Assembly (NCBI GenBank): GCA_028698185.1
Contig: JAQVDW010000008.1
Span: forward strand, 30,001 to 62,000
Length of the DNA stretch: 32,000 bases
Direction of reading: 5' to 3'
Source of the DNA: Erysipelotrichaceae bacterium
Lineage (GTDB): Bacteria > Bacillota_I > Bacilli_A > Erysipelotrichales > Coprobacillaceae
Part shown: in pieces, positions 19,308-26,845 of the stretch
How positions within the stretch are numbered: the stretch's first letter is position 1
How the letters are laid out: each line of letters starts with the position of its first letter
Notes under the pieces: generated by a model
What the model saw: the letters and a program-made list of their open reading frames with translations, nothing else
Databases searched by the model: none
Told to the model about the DNA's origin: nothing
Translations under genes and position numbers: made by a program

Positions 19308-19350
19308 AAAGCATCCAAAAGTGATATTATATATGGTAGAGGTGACAGAT

Positions 19351-20091
19351 ATGCAAAGGTATTTTGTAAGGGAAGATTTGCAACAGGGGCAACGGCTCTG
19401 TTTAGATAAGGACGATTATTTTCATCTAAAAAAAGTGATGCGTCATAAAAACAATGACCAGGTTGTCGTGATCGACAGCAAGGGCAGCAATTTTTTGACG
19501 GTGATTGAAGATATCGACAACAATGTTTTGAAAACGATGGAAGAAATTGAAAATGACAGCGAGCTAGATGTCAAGGTCACCCTGATCTATGCCCTGGCCA
19601 AGGGCGAGAAGTTCGATCTTGTCTTGCAAAAGGCGACAGAACTTGGCGTTAGCCGGATCGTGCCCTTGATTACTTCAAGGTGCGTGGTGCGCCTGGACAA
19701 GGACAAGTTCAACAAAAAACGGGAACGTTATGAAAAGATCCTCAAAGAAGCCAGCGAACAGTCGCACCGGAATCTAATCCCGGTCCTCGACGATCTGATC
19801 ACAGTCGAGCAGGTCAAACAATACCAGGGTGATTACAATGTGGTTGCCTATGAACAGACGGCCAAAGACAAGGTCCATGGCGGTTTCAAGGAAGTGTTGG
19901 AAAATGTGGAACCAGGACAGACAATCAATGTGATCGTCGGGTCCGAGGGAGGATTTTCCCAGGCTGAGGTCGACTATTTCAACCACAACAGCTACAACAA
20001 TATCTCGCTTGGCAAGCGTATCCTAAGATCCGAGACAGCGCCCCTTTATATCCTTAGCGCCATCGGCCTGTTTCGCGAGGTGGTAAGATGA
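19351..20091 (+). CDS. rsmE: 16S rRNA (uracil1498-N3)-methyltransferase RsmE
   Basis: MQRYFV N-terminus and the SPOUT-class motif VGSEGGFSQAE..LGKRILRSETA. GAGGTG lies 5 nt upstream of ATG 19351. Confidence 0.85.
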   Translation: MQRYFVREDLQQGQRLCLDKDDYFHLKKVMRHKNNDQVVVIDSKGSNFLTVIEDIDNNVLKTMEEIENDSELDVKVTLIYALAKGEKFDLVLQKATELGVSRIVPLITSRCVVRLDKDKFNKKRERYEKILKEASEQSHRNLIPVLDDLITVEQVKQYQGDYNVVAYEQTAKDKVHGGFKEVLENVEPGQTINVIVGSEGGFSQAEVDYFNHNSYNNISLGKRILRSETAPLYILSAIGLFREVVR

Positions 20092-20849
20092 TCATTGAGC
20101 TTCTAAACCACTATGCCCGCAGCCATGATTTTACCAAGTCCCAGCTGCACGGAGCGTATCGAAAGAAGCGACAGCTGCTCAAGGATTATGGTTTTGACTT
20201 CAAAATCAAAAACAGCTTTGATCTCTATACCTTTGAGATAATATCTCGCGGTTTTGAAAACGAACAAGCGATAAATGACGCCATCAACCTGCTCAAAAAC
20301 CAGAATGAGGACGTCCTGCGCCATTTGAATTATCAAGAACGCCAGCGTTTTTTTCATCAGGAAATCGGCCGTATTGTCGAAAACCTCCCTTGTTTTAGCT
20401 ATGGGTGCGACATCTACATTCCTTATTACAACCGCAAAGTCAACGAGTACATTGTGAGTGACTACGAAGCCCTGGGCTTGAAAAAATATCAGCTGATCCT
20501 AAAAAACCCGGACCGCAACCAACTGGATATTTTCAAACATTACGGGTTGGCGCCATATGCCGGTGATTTTTGCGACCTGGAGCGATTAGGTGAAAATGAT
20601 GGTAGGGTTGCCTTCTATTCCCGGGAGTTCAATTTGATCTATTTCATCTCGAAAGAAGACCTTCAAATCCAGGAACTCGTCCTCAAGGACAAGTGGTTTA
20701 AAGGCGATTATACAAGAGAACAGATCGAAACATTGGCAGGAATGATCATTAGTGATGAGGATGATATCCTTATCTACGATTATCTAGCTCAGGAAAATCT
20801 TTTGAGCGACAAATTTATCAAGAAAACGGAGAAAAAATGGAGAAAGTAA
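20088..20849 (+). CDS. Hypothetical protein (253 aa), no domain recognised
   Basis: A long ORF with host-like composition. Its start overlaps the rsmE stop (ATGA) and its end overlaps the mtaB start by 13 nt. I saw no recognisable motif. Confidence 0.6.
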   Translation: MIIELLNHYARSHDFTKSQLHGAYRKKRQLLKDYGFDFKIKNSFDLYTFEIISRGFENEQAINDAINLLKNQNEDVLRHLNYQERQRFFHQEIGRIVENLPCFSYGCDIYIPYYNRKVNEYIVSDYEALGLKKYQLILKNPDRNQLDIFKHYGLAPYAGDFCDLERLGENDGRVAFYSREFNLIYFISKEDLQIQELVLKDKWFKGDYTREQIETLAGMIISDEDDILIYDYLAQENLLSDKFIKKTEKKWRK

Positions 20850-22135
20850 AAAAAGTAGCCTTCCATACCCTAGGCTGCAAAGTCAACAGTTATGAATCAG
20901 AGGCGATGCTCGAGCTGTTCAAAGAAGCAGGCTACCAGGAAGCCGAATTCAAAGATGAAAGCGACGTCTATATAATAAATACCTGCACCGTGACCAACAC
21001 CGGTGACCGGAAATCCCGACAGATAATCCGCCAGGCAATCAAGCGCAACCCGGATGCTGTAGTCTGTGTTGTGGGCTGCTATGCCCAGGTGTCCAAGGAC
21101 GAGGTCCTGGCAATCGAAGGTGTCGGGGTTATCATCGGAACCCGCTACAAGGACGGGATTGTCGATTTGGTCAATGAGCATCTAAGAACCGGGGAAGTGG
21201 TTGTCAAGATAGATGATGTGCTGCGTCTAAGTGAGTTCGAGGAATTGGAGATCCACAATTTCAAAAACACCCGGGCCTTTTTGAAAATCCAGGATGGCTG
21301 CAACAATTTCTGTACTTACTGCATCATCCCATACAGCCGTGGGAAGCTGCGTTCCCGCGACCGGGAAAGCGTCCTGGCCCAGGCCAAGGAGCTAGTTTCC
21401 AAGGGGTTTGTGGAAATCGTCCTTACCGGAATCCATACCGCCGGCTATGGCGAGGATTTTGGCGACTACGATTTTGGCGATCTGCTTGAAGAACTTTCCG
21501 GAGTTCCCGGGTTGAAAAGACTGCGGATTTCCTCGATCGAGACGAGCCAGATTACTGACAAGATTGTCGGGCTTATCAGCGAAAACAAAGTGATTGTCGA
21601 CCACCTCCATGTGCCAATCCAGGCCGGAAGCGACGAGATTCTCAAGAAGATGCGCCGCAAATACACCCTTGAGCAGTTCGAGGAGCGTATCGCCGCCCTG
21701 CGCGAGAAGGTGCCCAACATGGCCCTGTCGACCGACATCATTGTCGGGTTCCCCGGGGAAACCGACGAGTTGTTTGAAAAGACTGTGGCAACATTGAAGC
21801 GGATCAATTTCATGCAGCTTCATGTCTTCCCTTATTCGAGAAGAAAAAACACCCCTGCCGCGAATATGGCAAACCAGGTAGAAGAACAAGTCAAGAAGCG
21901 GCGGGTCAGCGAACTTGTCGCCCTTTCAAAAGAGCTGACCGCCAAGTATGCCCGGGCGAATCTTGATGTTATCCAGGATGTCCTGTTCGAGTCGCGCGAA
22001 GGCGATTACCTTGTCGGCCACAGTTCGAATTATCTGAAAATCAAGGTGGCGACCGATGCCTATCTGATCGGCCAAATCGTGCCGGTCCGCCTGGTCAATA
22101 TCGAGGATGAGCTGATTGGAGAGATAGTGAAATGA
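20837..22135 (+). CDS. mtaB: Radical SAM tRNA threonylcarbamoyladenosine methylthiotransferase MtaB
   Basis: N-terminal MTTase domain (FHTLGCKVNSYESE), radical SAM cluster GCNNFCTYCIIP, and a C-terminal TRAM-like region. Confidence 0.85.
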   Translation: MEKVKKVAFHTLGCKVNSYESEAMLELFKEAGYQEAEFKDESDVYIINTCTVTNTGDRKSRQIIRQAIKRNPDAVVCVVGCYAQVSKDEVLAIEGVGVIIGTRYKDGIVDLVNEHLRTGEVVVKIDDVLRLSEFEELEIHNFKNTRAFLKIQDGCNNFCTYCIIPYSRGKLRSRDRESVLAQAKELVSKGFVEIVLTGIHTAGYGEDFGDYDFGDLLEELSGVPGLKRLRISSIETSQITDKIVGLISENKVIVDHLHVPIQAGSDEILKKMRRKYTLEQFEERIAALREKVPNMALSTDIIVGFPGETDELFEKTVATLKRINFMQLHVFPYSRRKNTPAANMANQVEEQVKKRRVSELVALSKELTAKYARANLDVIQDVLFESREGDYLVGHSSNYLKIKVATDAYLIGQIVPVRLVNIEDELIGEIVK

Positions 22136-23616
22136 AAAAACTAAATGAGCTGTTCGATTGTGAGTACGATGCGAAGATCTATTCGATCCATTCGGATTCT
22201 CGCTATGTCAAGAGAAACTCGCTGTTTTTTTGCATCGAGGGATTGACCGTCGATGGCCATCAGTATATCGATGACGCCATTTTCCAGGGTGCAATCGCAA
22301 TAGTTCATTCCAAAAAGCTTCCTTATTATCGCTCTGACATCATCTATCTCAAGGTCGATGACGTCAAAGCCCAACTCAACCGGGTAGCCAACATCTTCTT
22401 TGACTATCCTTCGACCAAAATGAAGACAATCGGGGTGACCGGTTCCGGGGGCAAGACGACCCTGGCGACATTGATCGACCAGGCCCTGGCCCACAAGTTC
22501 AAGACCGGTTACTTCGGCTCGGACCGTCTTAGCTATGACGGGATGGATCTGCGCCAGCCCCTGGCCACCCCCGAGGTCATCTATCTCCACCAGCATCTTT
22601 CGCGGATGGTGTCGCGTGATGTCGAGTTGGTGGCAATCGAGGTTTCAAGCATCGGGTTGGTTCTTGAGAGGTATACGGATATCCAGTTTGACATCGCGGT
22701 GATGACCTCGATCGAACCCCGCCATTTGGAGTTCCATGGCACCTTCGAGGAATATCTGGAGGCCAAATTGTCATTGTTCAGCCAGCTTGAGGAAGACTGC
22801 CAAGCGATACTCAACGAGGATGACAAGTATTTCGACAAGTTCAAAAGGGCAACAAGGGCCAATATAATAACCTATTCCCTGACGGACAAAAGCGATGTGT
22901 ACGCGAAAAATCTTGACCTGTCATTGAAACAAAGCAAATTCATCCTATGTCTTGATGGTCAGGAGATCCCAGTGGTGACCAAACTGGTGGGAAGGTACAA
23001 TCTTTATCATCTGTTGGCATTGGGGGCGATAATGAAGGCCTGCCAGGTCGATACCCTCAAGATCGGCGAGATAATCAATTCGCTCGACGTCGTCGGGGGC
23101 CGATATGAGGTTCTTGATCTCGACGAGAGCTTCGATGTGGCTGTCGACCACTGTCAGGAACTGTCAGATTACGAGCGGATATTCGATTTCGCTAGGAAAT
23201 ATGTGAAGGAAAAAGGGCGGATTATCGGGGTTTTTGGACCGTCGAGCTATCGGGGCAAACGCTACCGCGAACAGCTCGGTCGGATTGCCGACCGCTATCT
23301 CGACCACGCGATTTTGACCAATCAGGATGAACGGCTTGAAAATAGCGGAATCGAGAAAATATGTCTTGATGTCCAGAACAACCTTAAAAAGGCGACATCG
23401 ATCATCATATCCCAGCGTCAGTTCGCCATTGAGCAGGCGATCGAAATCGCCAGTCCTGATGATATCATCCTGGTCCTGGGCAAAGGCGAGGAACGGTTCA
23501 TGGCTCTTGAGGTAGGGACAAGCTATTATGCAGGCGACAGGGAAGTGGTCCTGGAGTCAATCAGGCATGTCTATCATGACAATTACGAACCAAGCAACGA
23601 TGAATTCATGTACTAA
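22132..23616 (+). CDS. murE: UDP-N-acetylmuramoyl-L-alanyl-D-glutamate--diamino acid ligase MurE (amino-acid specificity unclear)
   Basis: Typical MurE N-terminus (SDSRYVKRNSLFFCIEGLTVDGHQYIDDA) and Mur ligase P-loop GVTGSGGKTT. The usual DNPR/DDPxN specificity motif reads TNQDER here. Confidence 0.8.
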   Translation: MKKLNELFDCEYDAKIYSIHSDSRYVKRNSLFFCIEGLTVDGHQYIDDAIFQGAIAIVHSKKLPYYRSDIIYLKVDDVKAQLNRVANIFFDYPSTKMKTIGVTGSGGKTTLATLIDQALAHKFKTGYFGSDRLSYDGMDLRQPLATPEVIYLHQHLSRMVSRDVELVAIEVSSIGLVLERYTDIQFDIAVMTSIEPRHLEFHGTFEEYLEAKLSLFSQLEEDCQAILNEDDKYFDKFKRATRANIITYSLTDKSDVYAKNLDLSLKQSKFILCLDGQEIPVVTKLVGRYNLYHLLALGAIMKACQVDTLKIGEIINSLDVVGGRYEVLDLDESFDVAVDHCQELSDYERIFDFARKYVKEKGRIIGVFGPSSYRGKRYREQLGRIADRYLDHAILTNQDERLENSGIEKICLDVQNNLKKATSIIISQRQFAIEQAIEIASPDDIILVLGKGEERFMALEVGTSYYAGDREVVLESIRHVYHDNYEPSNDEFMY

Positions 23617-23647
23617 AAAACCGCACCCGTAAAAGGCGCGGTTTTTT
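23615..23647. terminator. Bidirectional intrinsic terminator between murE and the PRD gene
   Basis: A6-CCGCACC, loop CGTAAAA, GGCGCGG-T6. The stem has one mismatch. Confidence 0.65.
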
Positions 23648-24320
23648 ACTTCTGTTTGGTCACGACGACAAAGTGCAGTGCCAAAAAGGCAACTTCATCA
23701 TCATTGAATTCCATATCGATATCGTCCTTGATAACATCGCGCAGTTCTGCGGCCAGGTTGAACTCTCTCATATGCCGTTGTTTGATCTGGGCAGTCAGAG
23801 GGTTGGTCAATTGGCGGTTCTCTTGCAGACGCTCAAGGGCGGGTTCCAAGTGCAATCCGATTGAGACGATGAATTTCTGTTTGTTGCTGAAATCCACGTC
23901 GTATTTTTCTTTGATTCTAGTTAAAGCTGTTTTTATGTAAGTGTATGTTTGATCATCAAGCAAGTCAATTCCGGTTGTTATTTCCAAATCCAAAGCGTTG
24001 GTTTTTCTCAAATACATGGTCACCAATGATATCTCGTTTTCCGGGAACTCGATTGCATACTGGCTGGCGATTGAATCGCAGATATCCTTGGCTACCGGAT
24101 ACAGTTCATCTTCTTGATATTCGAGAACTTTCGCTTTTGACAAAGGGATATAGTTCCTGTTTTGAATGCGGATCGTGGTGATGCTTAAATGAGTGGCTAA
24201 ATTTTTCTTGGAATGGCTTGATAAAAAAATGTTGTTTTTTTCGACATTACTTGAAAGAATTTCTTGAACGTTGCTCTTAACTTCATTAAAGGACTCACTT
24301 GTCATAATCTTGGTTGACAT
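23646..24320 (-). CDS. Stand-alone PRD-PRD protein (BglG/LicT-like regulation domains with no CAT or HTH output domain)
   Basis: There are two PRD-like halves. Half 1 contains NLATHLSITTIRIQN and ENEISLVTMYL. Half 2 contains FIVSIGLHLEPALERL and DEVAFLALHFVV. GGAGG lies upstream of the ATG. At 224 aa it is roughly LicT without its ~55-aa RNA-binding domain. Confidence 0.7.
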   Translation of the reverse strand: MSTKIMTSESFNEVKSNVQEILSSNVEKNNIFLSSHSKKNLATHLSITTIRIQNRNYIPLSKAKVLEYQEDELYPVAKDICDSIASQYAIEFPENEISLVTMYLRKTNALDLEITTGIDLLDDQTYTYIKTALTRIKEKYDVDFSNKQKFIVSIGLHLEPALERLQENRQLTNPLTAQIKQRHMREFNLAAELRDVIKDDIDMEFNDDEVAFLALHFVVVTKQK

Positions 24321-24394
24321 TTAATACCTCCAAATTTTTATATAAATCCACTATAATATATTAGTTCATAAAAATAAAGGAAAATTTCAAAATA

Positions 24395-24408
24395 TTTAAG
24401 CGATATCA
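24395..24408 (+). promoter_or_regulatory. cre-like (CcpA) site in the pflB upstream region
   Basis: TTTAAGCGATATCA matches TGWAANCGNTNWCA at 13 of 14 positions; only G2 is replaced by T. Confidence 0.4.
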
Positions 24409-24442
24409 CTGGAAATTATTTAGAAAAAGGTATATAGTGTAT

Positions 24443-24507
24443 GTGCTAGTGGGAAAACAAGTTTCAAAATTTTTTCACAAGGTGGAAAATTCGTGTTAAG
24501 TGCTAGT
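24443..24507 (+). repeat. Direct repeat GTGCTAGT(R3)AAAA, two copies 57 nt apart, in the pflB leader
   Basis: Copy 1 is gtgtatGTGCTAGTgggaaaa (GTGCTAGT at 24443-24450). Copy 2 is gtgttaaGTGCTAGTaaaaa (24500-24507). Confidence 0.5.
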
Positions 24508-24536
24508 AAAAATTAATATGGGGGTATTAAAATTAG

Positions 24537-26600
24537 ATGAATTTCAAAAATGAATGGTCTGGATTTACTGCTGGTAAATGGATTAAAGAAATCGATTTAA
24601 GAGACTTTATCCAAAAGAACTACACTCCTTATGATGGAGATGACAGCTTTTTAGCAGGTCCAACTGAATCAACAACAACATTATGGGATCAAGTAATGGA
24701 GTTGACTAAACAAGAAAGAGCCGCTGGTGGCGTTCTTGATATGGATACTAAAATCGTATCTACTTTGACTAGCCATGGAGCTGGTTACCTTAACAAAGAT
24801 TTAGAAACAATTGTCGGATTCCAAACAGACAAACCTTTCAAACGTTCTTTACAGCCAAACGGTGGTATCCGTATGGCGGTTCAAGCTTGTAGAGACAATG
24901 GTTATGAAGTTGATCCACAAGTTGTGGAAATATTCACTAAATACCGCAAAACACATAATGCTGGGGTATTTGACGTTTATACTGAAGACATGAGAGCTTG
25001 CCGTTCTTCACACATCATCACTGGATTGCCAGATGCTTATGGTCGTGGAAGAATCATCGGTGACTACCGTCGTGTCGCATTATATGGTACCGATCGCCTG
25101 ATCGAAGACAAAAACTGGCAAAAAGATACTACAAGAGTCCGTATGGACCCTGAAAACATCCAATTGCGTGAAGAATTGTCTGAACAAATGCGTGCATTGA
25201 AAGAATTGAAAGAAATGGCTGCTTCTTACGGTTTTGACATTTCAAAACCCGCAAAAGACGTTAAGGAAGCAATCCAATGGTTATACTTCGGATATTTGGC
25301 TGCCGTTAAGGAACAAAACGGTGCTGCAATGTCTTTGGGTAGAACTTCCACTTTCATCGACATCTATGCTCAACGTGACTTGGATAACGGTACTTACACT
25401 GAGGAACAAATCCAAGAATTCATCGACCATTTCATCATGAAATTGCGTCTTGTAAAATTCGCCCGTACTCCTGATTACAACGCAATCTTCGCCGGAGACC
25501 CAACTTGGGTAACTGAATCAATCGGAGGTGTCGGTGTTGATGGACGTCACTTGGTAACAAAATCATCTTTCCGTTACCTGCACACATTGATTAACTTGGG
25601 AACTTCTCCTGAACCAAACTTGACAGTATTATGGTCAACTCGTTTGCCACAAGAATTCAAAAAATTCTGTGCTAAAATCTCAATCGAAACCTCATCTATC
25701 CAATATGAAAATGATGATTTGATGCGCGTTTCTCATGGTGATGACTACGCTATCGCATGTTGCGTATCTTCAATGAGATTAGGAAAAGAAATGCAATTCT
25801 TCGGAGCCCGTGCCAACCTGGCTAAATGTTTGTTATACGCAATCAACGGTGGTGTCGATGAAAAATCCAAAAAACAAGTCGGACCTAAATTCCGTCCTGT
25901 AACTTCAGAATATCTTGACTATGATGATGTAATTGAAAAATATGAGGACATGATGAAATGGTTGGCTGATGTTTATGTCAACTCATTAAACATCATCCAC
26001 TACATGCATGACAAATATGCATACGAAAGAATCCAAATGGCGTTGCATGACCGTGAAGTAAAACGTTACTTCGCAACTGGTATCGCTGGTCTTTCAGTAG
26101 TAGCAGACTCACTTTCAGCAATCAAGTACGCTAAAGTAAAAGTAATCCGCGACGAATCAGGATTAGCTGTTGACTATCAAGTTGAAGGTGACTTCCCAAC
26201 TTACGGAAACGATGATGACCGTGTTGACGAAATCGCCAACTGGTTAGTTCATACTTTCATGGGATATGTAAAAACTCACTTCACATACAGAAATTCAGTA
26301 CCAACTACTTCAATCTTGACAATCACTTCTAATGTCGTATATGGTAACGCAACAGGAAACACTCCTGATGGCCGTAAAGCCGGTGAACCATTCGCGCCAG
26401 GTGCCAACCCAATGCACGGTCGTGACAAATCAGGAGCGGTATCTTCATTGGCTTCAGTTGCCAAATTACCATTCGCTGATGCTCAAGATGGTATTTCAAA
26501 CACTTTCTCAATCATTCCTGGAGCTTTAGGTAAAGATGATCAAGTATTCATGGGTGACCTTGAAGTTGATCTTAATCTTGAAGATTTAGATAACAAATAA
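24537..26600 (+). CDS. pflB: Pyruvate formate-lyase catalytic core (PflB), ending before the glycyl-radical domain
   Basis: The protein is collinear with E. coli PflB from the N-terminus ([29 protein letters not shown]; [22 protein letters not shown]) through the Cys-Cys active site ([11 protein letters not shown]) to [13 protein letters not shown]. It then has a 17-aa unrelated acidic tail ([17 protein letters not shown]) and a stop. No RVSGY motif is present. Confidence 0.85.
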   Translation: MNFKNEWSGFTAGKWIKEIDLRDFIQKNYTPYDGDDSFLAGPTESTTTLWDQVMELTKQERAAGGVLDMDTKIVSTLTSHGAGYLNKDLETIVGFQTDKPFKRSLQPNGGIRMAVQACRDNGYEVDPQVVEIFTKYRKTHNAGVFDVYTEDMRACRSSHIITGLPDAYGRGRIIGDYRRVALYGTDRLIEDKNWQKDTTRVRMDPENIQLREELSEQMRALKELKEMAASYGFDISKPAKDVKEAIQWLYFGYLAAVKEQNGAAMSLGRTSTFIDIYAQRDLDNGTYTEEQIQEFIDHFIMKLRLVKFARTPDYNAIFAGDPTWVTESIGGVGVDGRHLVTKSSFRYLHTLINLGTSPEPNLTVLWSTRLPQEFKKFCAKISIETSSIQYENDDLMRVSHGDDYAIACCVSSMRLGKEMQFFGARANLAKCLLYAINGGVDEKSKKQVGPKFRPVTSEYLDYDDVIEKYEDMMKWLADVYVNSLNIIHYMHDKYAYERIQMALHDREVKRYFATGIAGLSVVADSLSAIKYAKVKVIRDESGLAVDYQVEGDFPTYGNDDDRVDEIANWLVHTFMGYVKTHFTYRNSVPTTSILTITSNVVYGNATGNTPDGRKAGEPFAPGANPMHGRDKSGAVSSLASVAKLPFADAQDGISNTFSIIPGALGKDDQVFMGDLEVDLNLEDLDNK

Positions 26601-26616
26601 GAAAGAAGGTATTAAG

Positions 26617-26832
26617 ATGTCTAAGGAACAAAATATTGACGATTTGGTTAATATGTTGGATTCGATTGCCTCAAAAGGCGCTGGACATATTAATGTGATC
26701 GTTGAAAATCCTGAAGAGGTGGATTTGCAGGATGCCAGCATAACCGAAGGCTGCAACTGCGAAATCGGCGATACTGCCTGCAAAATCCCGAACATGCCGC
26801 TATATGGCGAAGATGGATCGGACAAATATTAG
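26617..26832 (+). CDS. 71-aa paralog of the N-terminal half of the PFL glycyl-radical domain, with a three-Cys acidic tail and no radical glycine
   Basis: GAAGG lies 7 nt upstream of the ATG. By my ungapped hand alignment, 17 of residues 1-35 are identical to the next ORF ([35 protein letters not shown] against [35 protein letters not shown]). The sequence then diverges into [36 protein letters not shown]. Confidence 0.6.
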   Translation: MSKEQNIDDLVNMLDSIASKGAGHINVIVENPEEVDLQDASITEGCNCEIGDTACKIPNMPLYGEDGSDKY

Positions 26833-26845
26833 AAGGAGACAAACA

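Noticed and set aside
24321-24536. ZTP (pfl-motif) riboswitch or a RAT antiterminator element in the pflB leader.
   Set aside because: The leader is very AT-rich. It lacks the GGGUCGUGACUGGCG and CCGCCUGGGCA-type conserved cores. It also has no RAT-like stem overlapping a terminator, and the adjacent PRD protein has no CAT RNA-binding domain.
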